Shown here: positions 16,400 to 28,563 of the stretch, one piece after another
Position numbering within the stretch: position 1 is the first letter of the stretch
Layout of the letters: the number at the start of each line of letters is the position of its first letter
Origin: the human T2T-CHM13v2.0 reference genome, Homo sapiens
Length of the DNA: 64,000 nucleotides
Reading direction: 5' to 3' (one strand)
Assembly (NCBI RefSeq): GCF_009914755.1
Contig: NC_060931.1
Made by a program: the position numbers and the translations under genes
The notes under the pieces: generated by a model
Seen by the model: the letters and a program-made list of their open reading frames with translations, nothing else
Told to the model about the DNA's origin: nothing
The model's database searches: none

Positions 16400-18621
16400 A
16401 GAAAAAGTCTAGTCTGGAGTGGGTGACTTCAAGAAAAGGTTTCCCCATAGCAAAATCAAGTGTAACTTTCCAAAGGCTTTGAGATTATATTTTCACATCT
16501 GTTTTTGTCGTTTGCATGCATATAGAATCACACATTTATCTCTTTCTGTTACTGTGCTATATTACACAAAAACAACTGGTTGGGTTTTCTCAAGAGGATA
16601 TTTTGGGGTGACCTGAGTTAAAATAGAGGTTATATCATCATTTAAATTCACTTTGGGCAGCCTTAGAAGACACCCCAAAGACATAGGCTATCATCCTAGA
16701 GAATGCTATAACTGCTGATAATAAGGGACGTGCCATAGATATTAAGATGCTACCGGGAGGGAAAATAAACAGTGATTTATAACGCAAGCCCTGATTTGAA
16801 AGTCACAAGGTCAGACACTTGGAATTGCAGGTGTTGATTTGTGATCAAGAGGTTTTTCACATGGACAACTCTAGAAAGCCTTATGCAGAGTGAGTAACAG
16901 CACAAAGGTACTACTAGAATATTGGCAAAAATTAACCCAAGCAATGCAGAGACCAGATCACTCTGAATGTGTTTCTATTTTCATAGATTTCACCTAGTAT
17001 ATTTAGGTTAAAGAATAAGGCACAATGAACCTTCCCTATCTCTAAAAAGGAAAAGAAATTTTTTTTGCTTTCATTATCACTTTTCTAAATACTGAGCAGC
17101 TCGTTAGTATCCTCACTCTGATCTATAAATATAAATATAATATTAATATATTTATGATATTAAGTATAAATATTAAATATAGCCGTATTAATATATCTAT
17201 AATATTTAATATATAATAGTCATTAATAGATAACGAGGCAACACTATGGCATTTTGTTCCCTATGTTTTAATATCTTGGAGATGGTTATCTTGTAGTATG
17301 TTGCAGAAATGCGTTATCCCCATGAGAGCCTTTGGAATGTGATGACAACCATAGTGTGGGAGCCGACAGAGTCACTGCTTAGGTGGGAAATGTCTAATAG
17401 AAAGAAAAGAAAACTTAGAACATAGCTTTGAGGATCTTGTATTGAAGGATGGAGAAGACAGCAATCTGAGAAAGTGACCAAAAATATCCAGGAGAAATAC
17501 TGGGAGGAGTGTAGGGTCCTGGAAGTGAAGGAAAGAGAACGTCTCATGAAAGAAAGGGAAGCGAGGCACAGTGGATGGAGGCAGCTGTTGGAAACACCAC
17601 TTGAATTACTTGATTGTAGTTCAATCAGTTTTCAAACCCCAGTGAGGGAAAACCTGAGATGTCTGTGGGTTGAGGAGGGAATGAAGTTGAGCATGAGAAT
17701 CTGAAGGGAGAAGGAAGGCAACGACGGCTCACAGATTCCTCATCACCAAAGGAGGGGAGGTGGATCAGGGAAGGTTTGGGCTTAGCTTTTTAACACACCA
17801 TTGCAGCTATTTTTAAGACAAATGTAAGAAACTCAGAACAAGAGATCGCTTATAAAATAATTGAAAAAATACATAGTTTAAATCAGTTCTTATAAAACAT
17901 TGAGGTGACAAGATTAATATAGGTCTTGTTACATTTTTATTTTTCCATTGTTAAGTGTAATGCAATTTATATAAATATCAGTTTCCTTTAGCATTACTTT
18001 TGCATGACCTTAGCTCTATGCTTTATTCATATATGCTATTTCATATAAATGATATAACCCTTTGAAATTCAATTTAGAAAAATACCCTAAAGATATTGTG
18101 AGCCATATTTATACACAGTTGTATAACACTCTCCTTGTACTAGAGCTGGTTTTACATAACGATTTGGGATTGAGTTCCTTTTTTATGAATGCATTTTTGA
18201 ATGCCACTTCTCTTGTAGGCAAGTGTATGGGTATTGTATATTTGTCCCTGATGTAGATTATAAATCTAGATTTATAAGGCATCATTAGGCCTAGCAGCCC
18301 AAGTTTTCATATCTATTTCTTCAAGACAAAATATTTCAACATTACTAATAAATCGTGAAAAGTACTAACATAAGGAGACTGAAATAATTTGTTAAATGTT
18401 ATTTTTCAAAGTAAAACAATTTCACTCCTAGGCTTTAGAGTCAGGAAAACAAACAAACAAACAACAAACATTGTTTAAAATTATGGGTTCTTCCATGTTA
18501 CACTGATACTACCATATGACACCCCGAGCTTCAGTTTTCTTATCTGTATAATGTGGACAATCATCATTGCACCGAAAGAATTCAGTCAATGCTAATAGAG
18601 TGCCTAGCGCATAGGAAAACT

Positions 18622-19200
18622 GTCAGAAGGGTACCTTTAGCTGCAAGTAATGGAAACCCCACTTAAGTCTAGCTTAAACAACTAGGAAATTTATTTGCTG
18701 ACATAATTTGGAACATGAGCTGGGGAAACAGTCATGATTGATTTAAGGAGTCCACTTTCCTTTCCACAGTGGTGCATTCCTTTATTTGCTTGTTGTCTTT
18801 GGGGTACCCCTTTTATGTTGGCTAGTTACAGAAATCTACATTCACATCCTCGCACTACATCATTCATCAGAAGAGAGTGCATTATTTCCATAAGCTCTCT
18901 TGTTGTAGTAAGGAAGCTTTTTCTTCCAGAAGCCGGCCCTGCCCCTACATTTCCCCTGTGTCTCAGTGGCCTGACCGTGCTCACTTCTGAAGCAATCCTA
19001 ATGGCTAGGAGAAAGCCAAGGGCCTATTGGCCAATGTTCTTAAACCAATTATTGCAAAGGTTATGGGATTATCCTTAGGGTCACTTTTGGGGTTGTAGGC
19101 TGGGTCAGATTCTTATGTATCACTGTATGAAGAAGGGAATGATACTCAAAAATATTAGAGTTAAATTTTGAATAATAGTAGGGCACTGATGAGGCATCAA
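18622..19200 (-). mobile_element. MLT1 (J/K-like) MaLR LTR, degraded
   Basis: ttagctgcaagtaatggaaacccacttaagtctagcttaaaca...ggaaatttatttgctgacataa matches a typical MLT1J/K end. Confidence 0.6.
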
Positions 19201-19354
19201 AGTGACACCTATATTTAACCTGTTTGGGGCCCTATTCCTTCACACCAAAGAAGGAAACCAAAGCATAAGTCCCATCTGAGCCAATTCAGTTCATGCGTTG
19301 AATCACAATATGTTGGTGGTCCTAAAATTATTGGCCCAAAGTTGAGTATCTTGG

Positions 19355-19371
19355 TGTTTTGTTTTGTTTTG

Positions 19372-19402
<31 letters not shown>

Positions 19403-19677
19403 CGGAGTCCCACTCTATCGCCAGACTGGAGTGCAGTGGCACGATCTCGGCTCACTGCAACCTCTGACTCCCTGGTTCAAGCCATTTTCCTGCCTCAGTC
19501 TCCCGAGTAGCTGGGATTACAGGCACATGCCACCACACCTGGCTAATTTTTGTATTTTTAGTAGAGACCAGGTCTCACCATGTTGTCTAGGAGGGTTTCG
19601 ATCTCCTGACCTCGTGATCCACCCACCTCCGCCTCCCAAAGTGCTGGGATTACAGGTGTGAGCTACCGCACCCGGCC
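19355..19677 (-). mobile_element. AluSc-like with a (TTTTG)n tail
   Basis: Full reverse Alu; TSD core tgagtatctt on both sides. Confidence 0.95.
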
Positions 19678-19932
19678 TAAACCTGAGTATCTTTGCTCTC
19701 TATCATTCCCATTTTCAGCACCCGAGCCTTAAATAAGGTAATGGAATAAAATGAAAAACTTGTGCAAATGCTTTACAACATAGTTAGGTAAGTTTATCTG
19801 AAAAGATAAACTAATTTCCTATATATGACTTTGTTACATTATTCTCCTATGAGTGTCAAGTTATTTTAAGAATTCAGAGTTACCTATTAAAAATAAAATT
19901 GACGAGTTATCAAAATAGGCCTAGAAATTTAG

Positions 19933-20322
19933 AACATGGCTAAAACTCATCTGTACGAAAGAAGGAAGGAAGGAAGGAAAGAAAGAAGAAAGAAAGAAAA
20001 AGAAAGAAAGAAAGAAAGAAAGGAAAGAAAGAAAGGGAAAGAAGGGGAGGGAAGGAAGGAAGGAGGGAGGGAGGGAAGGAATGAGAGAGAGAGAGAAAGA
20101 AGAGAGAAAAACAAAGAATTGGGGTGGTCGTGTGCACCTATAGTCCCAGCTACTCAGGAGGCTGAAGTAGGAGGATTACTTGTGCTTGAGAGGTGGAGGT
20201 TGCAGTGAACCATGATGATGCCACTGAACTCCAGCCTGGGTGACAAAGTGAGGCCCTGTCTCAAAAAAACAACAACAACAAAACAAAACAAAACAAAACA
20301 AACAAAAGAAAACAAAGCAAAA
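19933..20322 (+). mobile_element. AluJ-like, 5'-truncated, with the middle A-rich linker expanded into a ~150 bp GA-rich repeat
   Basis: aacatggctaaaactcatctgtac (end of left monomer), then a purine repeat at 19958-20110, the right monomer tagtcccagctactcaggagg...ccctgtctc, and a (CAAAA)n tail. Confidence 0.85.
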
Positions 20323-20326
20323 TTAC

Positions 20327-20915
20327 AAGCTGTAATTTCACACCTGTGGTATATTTTATTTTGCTTAAACAATATGCTTTAATAAATATATATTGAAATG
20401 ACAGAAAAATAATATTTTAAAATGTATCTGGGTCTACACATTAAGATTTAGTTTGCAGTATTCCAAACATCATTTAATGGAATTAAATAAAATTTCCAAA
20501 TTTATAAACTAAAGAAGTGCTGCTTTCTTATGAATTCCCACTCTAAATTCATTAATTTAAGATACATGTGGCCTTTCTTTGTAACTTTAATATTTAAGGA
20601 AAATTCAGAATACTTAGCCTCATCCTTAATCAAAGTGTAATAAATTACAAACCCCACCAAAATCTCTACCTACTGAAAACTTCTAAAGGTAGGAGAGAGT
20701 ATAGAGCCTACAGCTGACTCCCTACAATATTCTACATAGCAAAGTGAATTAATATTAGGCTTAACATAAAGCATCTGTTTTCTACCATTGACATTTACAC
20801 ACACATACACACACACTCCCCCACACATATAGAGTTTGTTAGGGTTCACCAAAGGTAATTAACCATCAGATGTATATTAATCACACACACATAAACATGC
20901 ACACATATGTATTAA
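20327..20915. repeat. Left arm (non-Alu portion) of a large inverted duplication
   Basis: Reverse complement of 21877-21941 plus 22257-22778. Perfect blocks: 20327-20357/22748-22778 (31 bp) and 20692-20734/22369-22411 (43 bp). Confidence 0.97.
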
Positions 20916-21941
20916 CTAACACACACACATTTACAACAAAATAGTAGACAGAAAACCATTATAAGTGCAGTTTGGTAACTTTAAGGACCTTTGATGAGAA
21001 ATTTCAAAGTTGGTGACAGTTCATATGAGGAAGGGTTTTTCCTCTGACAATCAGATGAGCTAATTAATCAGCATTTGACCCGGCTGGATCTTAGCCAGCC
21101 TAACTGTTAATGAGTGTGCACTGTTTTGCCAGCAAGAGCACAGTCTCTTCAAAAAATAATTGTCAGGGTCATTTTTGCTATGAACAAAATCTTATTTTGA
21201 AATGTGCTAGACTTTTTTAAAGCAACAATAAGAATGACACGATCATTCTTAAATATTTCTTATTAAATATTATGGTACCACCAAACATGAGCATTGTTTT
21301 ATTTTTTTTTTTTTAACAAACTCATTGCTCTTCATTTATAGTTTTACATTTTAAAGTCATATGATGAGAACTATTTCTTCCAGTTTGCTTTCTGCTGCCA
21401 CCAGACTTGATACCACAAAAGGTGTCTGGGTGCATGCCTGTGATGATATTGCCAGGCCGTTCCTTTCTTGGGGCCTGTGTATACATGGGCCTGCCTTTTT
21501 ATTAGCACCTATTATAATATATGGCCATTAATTATTAGCTGTACATATTTTCTACTAGACTGTCAGCTCCTTGGAGGTACAAAACTTATTTTTCTCATTT
21601 GTACAGCCTCTCCGATATCTTTTATCAACTTCATGTAATCCTGATAGCTCAGTGAGGAACTGAGGAGTGGGGTCCCCTAAGAAGGACATAAGTCTAATTT
21701 TTAAAGACTAGGTGTAGGGCTGCAGCTTGGCTCTCAGCTGTGTATGATTCCAAACACCGAAGTATCTCCACGTCGTCACCTTTTAATCACATTTTAGTGT
21801 GATTTATAAGCACATATTTGGAATACCACCACAAACACACACATACAAATGTCATTGTTATTTATATGCACGTATGATGGTAATATATATGTCTGCAAGT
21901 TTGTGTGTGTTTGATTAATATACATCTGGTGATTAATTTTC

Positions 21942-22241
21942 TTTTTCATTTTTTTTTGAGACGGAATTTTGCCCTAATCAGCCAGGCTAGAGTGCAATGT
22001 CATGATCTCAGCTCACTGCAACCTCCACCTCCCATGTTCAAGCGATTCTCCTGCCTCAGCCTCCTGAGTAGCCTCCGGATTACAGGTGCACGCCACCATG
22101 CCTGGCTAATTTTTATGTTTAGTAGAGATGGGGGTTTCACCATGTTGGCCAGGCTAGTCTTGAACTCCTGACCTCAGGTGATCTGCCCACCTCAGCCTCC
22201 TAAAGTGCTGGGATTACAGGTGTGAGCCACTGCGCCCGGCC
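21942..22241 (-). mobile_element. AluS (Sq/Sp-like) inserted in the right arm
   Basis: Full reverse Alu. 15-bp TSD tg(g/a)tgattaattttc at 21927-21941 and 22242-22256. Confidence 0.96.
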
Positions 22242-22263
22242 TGATGATTAATTTTCAAACAAA

Positions 22264-22265
<2 letters not shown>

Positions 22266-22303
<38 letters not shown>
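22266..22303. repeat. (GT)19 microsatellite
   Basis: Read directly from the sequence. Confidence 0.97.
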
Positions 22304-22307
<4 letters not shown>

Positions 22308-22788
22308 GTCAATGGTATTAGAAAATAGATGCTTTACATTAAGCCTGCTATGGATTCACGTTGCCATATAGAATATTGTAGGGAGTCAGCTGTAGGCTCT
22401 ATACTCTCTCCCACCTTCAGAAGTTTTCAGTAGGTAGAGATTTTGGTGTGGTTTGTAATTTATTACACTTTGATTAAGGATGAGGTTAAGTATTCTGAAT
22501 TTTCTTCAACTTTAAAGTACAAAGCCCACATATATCTTAAATTAATGAATTTAGAGTGGGAATTCATAAGAGAGCAGCACTTCTTCTTTAGTTTATAAAT
22601 TTGGAAATTGTAATTAATTCCATTACATGATCTTTGGAATACTGAAAACTAAATCTTCATGTGTAGACTGAGATACAACTTTTTAAAATATTTTTCTGTC
22701 ATTTCAAAATATATTTATTAAATTAAAATACAGTCTTTAAACAAAACAAAATATACCACAGGTGTGAAATTACAGCTTATTATATGTA

Positions 22789-23076
22789 TTTTTTTTTTTA
22801 AATTTACTCTGTCAATCAGGCTGAGGTGCAGTGGCATTATCACTGCTCATTGCAGTCTCGACCTCCCCAAGCTCAGGTGATCTTCGTACCTTAGCCTCCT
22901 GAGTAGCTGGGACTACGAGTGTATGCCACCACACCTGGCTATTTTTTAAAAATGTTGGTAGAGGTAGGATTTTGCCCTGTTGCCCAGGCTGGTTTCCAAC
23001 TTGTGGGCTCAAGCTATCGGCCGGCCTGTGCCTCCCAAAATGCTGGGGTTACAGGTGTGAGCCACTGTGCCTGGCC
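22789..23076 (-). mobile_element. AluJ, near full length
   Basis: Reverse Alu with J diagnostics (tgttgcccaggctgg, tgggctcaagc); highly diverged. Confidence 0.9.
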
Positions 23077-23446
23077 CACATATGAAATTTTGAACCAACA
23101 ATCTTCTGAGCTCTTTTTATAGAAATTGATGTAAGATCACAATTATTTAGTGATCTGATATATTTTAGCTGCTGTCTATAATATTTGGAAAGGATCTGCA
23201 ATATTAAACTGCTTTACATTTCAGTTATAAAAAAAAGTTAAAATTTCATGTCACTATAATTATTACAGGTCACCTCATTCACTGTCTTTCCTTTTCCTTA
23301 GCATCCTTAGATAGCCACAGAACATTTCCTTAAACATTTCTTGTTACTTATTTCACATACTCACAAGTTCCCCCATTCCATTTCTAGAAAGCTTTTGGAA
23401 TGTTTTATAAAACAGTATGAGCATTATTGCTGTAAGAATGCTATTG

Positions 23447-23503
23447 AAAGTGGAGTGTAGGTAGGCTTACTATACAAAGTGGAGTGTAGGTAGGCTTACT
23501 ATA
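23447..23503. repeat. 28-bp direct duplication (period 29)
   Basis: aaagtggagtgtaggtaggcttactata, two copies separated by one c. Confidence 0.97.
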
Positions 23504-23550
23504 AAAAACAAGGTATACTAAAACACTCACTGCTATAAAAAACAAGCCTC

Positions 23551-24022
23551 AAAGACACATGCACATGTACGTTTATTGCAGCACTATTCACAATAGCAAA
23601 GACTTGGAACCAACCCAAATGCCCATCAGTAATAGACTGGATAAAGAAAATGTGGCACGTGTACACCATGGAATACTATGCAGCCATAAAAAAGGATGAG
23701 TTCATGTCCTTTGCAGGGACATGGATGAAGCTGCAAACTATCATTCTCAGCAAACTAACACAGGAACAGAAAACTAAACACTGCATGTTCTCACTCATAA
23801 CTGGGAGTTGAACAGTGAGAACACATGGACACAGGGAGGGGAACATCACACATTGGGGCCTGTTGGGGTTTGGGGGATAGGGGAGGGATAGTATTAGGAG
23901 AAATACCTAATGCAGATGATGGATTGATGAGTGCAGCAAACCACCATGGCACGTGTATACTTATGTAACAAACCTGCACGTTCTGCACATGTATCCCAGA
24001 ATGTAGAGTATAAAAAAAAAAA
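23551..24022 (+). mobile_element. L1PA (PA7/8-like) 3' fragment, 5'-truncated
   Basis: aaagacacatgcacatgtacgtttattgcagcactattcacaatagc...gtatcccaga plus poly-A; contains the end of ORF2 and the 3' UTR. Confidence 0.93.
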
Positions 24023-24793
24023 GCCCCCAAATATATAATGGAATGTTGCAATGTAAGTTTATGTGTTATTCAAGTGAGATTAAAAATGTGTGTTCCTGGT
24101 TTGCAGAAGGCACCCTCCACATGATAGAGGAAGCAGAGTTTTCCTTTGGTTCCTCTGCATCCACATAGTATACCAGGAAGAGAAAGAATAGAATAGAGCA
24201 CAAAAGAGATTTTCATGAGCTTTTGTAGAAAAAGCCTGAGCCCCTTTCACTCACATTACTTTGGCCAGAACTCAGTCTTCTGACTCTGTCTACGGAGGAA
24301 TGAATTTTAGCTGTGTGCCAGGAGGAAAGAAGAACAGGTTCATATTAGCTTTCCGGCTTCGTTGTCTTCTCACATTTTGTTCCCACCACATTGACTTTTC
24401 TGTTTGTTCGTTTGTTTTGTTTTGTTTCCAGAAGGCACTACAGGGTCATGCCACAAGTTGTTTCTTCTACAAGGAATGCGGAATGCTTCCCACTTTATGC
24501 AGGTTACCCAGCTGACTTCTATTTTTCATTTAAAACTCAATTCAAATATTTAGTTATCAGGAATGTCTGCTCTAATATGATACATATTATTATTCATAAC
24601 ACACAATTTCAACATCAGTGAGAATTTTTTTGATGAATGTTTATCTCCCGAAGTAGACTGCAAGTTTTTAATGACAATGATCATGCCTGTCCACCCTCCA
24701 TTATTACACAGCTCCTATCAAAGTCACTAGAATATGAAATTATGTTTTTAATTAATGAAAGAAAACTCCACCCTCCAACTCTTAATGACAGTA

Positions 24794-25576
24794 CAGGTTG
24801 AGCATACCTAATCCAAAAATCTGAAATTCAAAATGCTTCCAAATCCAAAACTATTTGAGTGCCACCATGACATCACAAGTGGAAAATTCCACACTGGACC
24901 TTGTGTGATAGGCCGAAGTTAAAACACAGATGCACAACACACCATTTATTCAGCATCCCCAAAGACAAAGAGATTCTCTCAGCCTCCCTGAGCTGTGATA
25001 TGTTTCTGTGCATGCCCAGGTTTCCCCATGCAATCACGCCCACAAATGGTAACACACAGCATGGTAGGCAGAGACTGAAAGCTTGCCATTCTTGATTGTT
25101 GCTGTTCTTTAACAGCTGATACAGGTATTCTGGTGATGCTACTGTGTTAGTCAGTTATCCTGGACACATTGTTTTTTCTTATATTAATGGTATGTTAGAT
25201 TTTTTTACTGTTAAGTTCTGACATGTGACTAAGTATAAGAAAATGCTTGCTTATTGGTAGCATATAAATTCAGAGTCAGGAATGATAGTGAGAGAAAACA
25301 ACCACAGAGAAAACAGTCCACAGGTGTGGCTGAGATAGTGATGCCTCTGCTTTCTGATGGTGCAATGTATACAAGCTTTGTTTCATGCACAAATTATTTA
25401 AAGTGTTACATAAAATTACCTTCAGGCTGTGTGTATATGGTATATATAAAGCATAAATGATTTCTATGTTTATACTTGAATTCAATCCCCAAGATATTTA
25501 ATTATGTATATACAAATATTCCAAAATCTGAAACACTTTTTGTCCCAAGCATTTCGGATGAGGGATACTCAGCCTG
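24794..25576. mobile_element. Tigger4/Zombi-type TcMar DNA transposon, internally deleted
   Basis: Terminal inverted repeats caggttgagcatacc ... gggatactcagcctg, with TA on both sides (24792-24793 and 25577-25578). Confidence 0.88.
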
Positions 25577-25999
25577 TACTCCCATACAATGAGGCCTTAA
25601 CCACAGAAGAAAACAATAGGTTCTTCAAAGAAATTGGTTGTGACATTTAAAGGGTCAAAATGGGTGGTAAATGTGGAGCTGAATCAATGCAGTGGGATTT
25701 GACGACGTATAAAATAATTGAGAAAATAGCCAAGAATACCTGAGTATGAAAATAGATGTGAAATTTTAGCAGTCTATCAATAAAATCTTGATCAAACACC
25801 ACTTATTCAGCTGCCATATATGAGTGTCAATGAGGAGACTGTAGAGCAGTTAGCATGATTTTTACATTCAGTTTATTAGGTAGAAGAAACCCTGCATCCA
25901 TTGTCAACATTCATTCTGAATGCAATGTCACTATCTATTTTATTGGCTTCTTTTTCCCAATGCAATATTTGTGATGAAGTGTTCCCCAAGTTATGCTTT

Positions 26000-26300
26000 T
26001 ATCTTCTTTGTGTCCATCTAATTCTTTGTGGGTGATGTCCACTACTCTGACAGCATCACCTATCATAAAATGCTCTGGATCTATAATTCCAGTCCTGCCT
26101 GAGTCCTGTTTCTGCATTTTCTTTGCTGATCTTTACTCAAAGATGCTCTGAATTCCTCTGAAACTTAACCTGCCTCAAATTAAATTTAGGATAAGACTTC
26201 TCCTTTTCAATATCCTTCTCCTCCAGTATTCTCTGTGTTAATTCAGAGTATCACCATCCATCAGTTATCAAAGCCAAAAGAGTCATTTTTCATTTCCTCT
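26000..26300. mobile_element. L2 fragment
   Basis: aaacttaacctgcctcaaattaaattt...tcaccatccatcagttatcaaagccaaaa resembles L2. Confidence 0.5.
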
Positions 26301-27009
26301 GACCCATTTGCCATGACCAAGAGAAGAAAGAGCTTCAGCTCCTGAGCCTAGGATGTCTGTTTTTGCCAATTATGCCAATCCAAATCCGGCTGTCATGAAA
26401 CCTGGATGGAAAAAACAAAGCCAGTGCCAGCTCTGTTCAGTAGGATGGAAAATCTCTGTGGCTTGGTAGCCTCCCAGGTTCCTACAGAGAAGGTTCATTC
26501 TGAGATGAGGATCTCTGTGGCATATGGTCTTCAGGAGGAGAATATCTATGAGAAAAGAGTCTCCCTAAACCAGAAAAATGAGAAATGCAAAGAAGATCTG
26601 GACAAGGCAGTGGTGGAAGTGTCCCCTTTAGATATTTGGTTAGTGCTGGCATTACTGCCTGTGGACCAGATGGTCCCAAAGTTACTACACACTGCACTGT
26701 ATGCCTGCCTGCTTTCCTGCCTGCTCCAGAGTCTACTGAGAAGCTGTATTATTTGTGGATGTATGTGACACAGTCTCTGCACTGTAGTTATAAGCCATGT
26801 GTCGCTCCAATTCCTAAGAATCCAGTCATTCCAGAGATTACTCCTCATACATGAAAATCCTCCAGATTCCTACTTTCTGATAAAGAAATATTATTGTGAA
26901 CAGATCAGAACCAATGTAGGAATTCAACCTCAAGTTCAAAAAAATCATCTTCTAGATCAAAATGAGGAAAGACTGCAGTTTACCATTCAAGGCAAAAATA
27001 TCCATATAT

Positions 27010-27330
27010 TGTACCAGACACCTATTAACTTCAATAAGGATGGTCCCAGGTTCAAGAGTGAGGAGAAGAGACCCACAGCCAGTGAATGAAACATGGGGTT
27101 TATTTGATGGGGACATACGGGACAGTCCAGTGGTGGCAGGCTGGACAGAACCGCTACAGCTTGCAAACTGCATGCAGTTTATGTAGCATTTTCACTTAGC
27201 ACCCTCTGCTTAGCAACCTCCAGGTTAACAATTCATTTCTTAAGTTGTTATTGCTTTCAGGTATGTCTGCCATACAGGGTCGTTCTCGGGGTATGCTTAA
27301 GTTATTGCTGTCAGGTACATCTCTCATAAA
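27010..27330 (-). mobile_element. ERV1-class solo LTR fragment (subfamily not assigned)
   Basis: tgtaccagacacctattaacttcaataaggatggtcccaggttcaagag...gaagagaccc...gggtttatt (reverse aataaa). Internal repeat cttaagtt(gtt)attgct..caggta occurs twice. Confidence 0.65.
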
Positions 27331-28039
27331 CCATAGTAATCCAGACCAAGACTGCTCCCTTCCACAGGCCAAAACCTCCAACTTCATCTTTCTCTGTCCC
27401 TTGCAGGGGTATAGTTACCCTGTTTACTATGTTTATTATTATTATTATTAATATTATTATTATTATTTATCCCTGACTGGTGATACCCTGAAAGTCTTCC
27501 CACCTGAGAGCTTGGTTATTGCTTCCAACCCCGGGTGAACCCCTAAGCTAGACCAGTCCGTTAGTGACCAGATTCCAGTGAAGAAGGGGGCAGTTGGCTT
27601 GCATATATGGTTCATGTTGAACCAGCCCTTCATGTTCCTGGAGCTCCCACTAAGGGGATGGAGAAGGGATCAGGAAAGAGGGTTGAATGAAGAAGAGAAA
27701 CACGTATAAATGTAAAAACATGCATCTGAGAAAAGAATCTTAGCCCCGTTCTTAAATTCAGAACTCTATTTTTGTGCTTTTAAACCTGTCAGTCCTCAGC
27801 GTCACTCCCTCCACCACTGCCATCTCAGCCCTGAAGCTTCCTGGTTTCTTCACAGAACAAAGATCAGTACTTGGAATGTGGCAAGTACTCATTAAATGTT
27901 TTGGATTGTGCAAAACAGTCACAATCAATTGGTACCTCTCTATTAATGCTCCCCCACCTCTGTATCTCTGCTCATGCTATTTCTCATTTGCAATGCTCAT
28001 CCCTCCTTATTTCTCCTTTGAAGTTTTATTAATCTCAAC

Positions 28040-28563
28040 TGAAAAAAGGTTTTCTTCTTGACCAAACTCCAATCAGGCTTCCCTGAACTCTTTTTCAACT
28101 AGGCCTGACTTTTAGACGCCTGTGTTTGTGTGCATTGTCTAATTGCAGTAAGAATCTTGCAGAGTTGGTTTAATTTTAGCAAGACTCTTGCAGAGTTAGT
28201 TTAGCCAGGTTCTCCCATGCTTCATATCTGATCACCATCAATATCTAATTGGGTTCCCCACCCTCCACTATCCTCCAGGTGACGTGAAGGGAATGATATC
28301 TGATGACCCTGGCCTGTCTACAGCAAGAATCCTCATAGGTTAGTTTAAACAGAATTCCTCCTTACTTCTAATGTTTCTTCTAAGTAATTTTCCATCCACT
28401 GACTCACATCGTGCTTTTTGGCTGTAATTCCCCCTCATTCATGCTGTATCAGGAATTGAACCCAGTTCTGTTCTGAGGTCCCTTTTACCCTATTGCAATA
28501 ATACTGAATAGAATCTGTTTCTATTGACTTAACTACCGTCCAGTTCTAATGTTATTTGATACA
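28040..28563 (+). mobile_element. MER31-like ERV1 solo LTR
   Basis: tg...cttgaccaaactcc..tcaggct, repeated gcaagaatc..gttagtttagccag motifs, a polyA-signal region, and a ca end. Confidence 0.8.

Larger units (their letters stand above)
21877..22778. repeat. Right arm (non-AluJ portion) of the inverted duplication, interrupted by an AluS
   Basis: Pairs with the left arm. (GT)19 at 22266-22303 mirrors the CA-rich tract at ~20797-20816. Confidence 0.97.

Noticed and set aside
17123-17230. AT-rich quasi-palindromic stretch
   Set aside because: Low-complexity AT sequence; self-complementarity is expected by chance.
16342-23503. Two 29-bp-period duplications as CRISPR-like or a shared mechanism
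   Set aside because: Unrelated sequences, two copies each, no spacers, eukaryotic DNA; the equal period is probably coincidence.
26406-27451. Cluster of overlapping 70-120 aa ORFs
   Set aside because: They overlap degraded LTR-type sequence with higher GC; no recognisable protein or exon structure.
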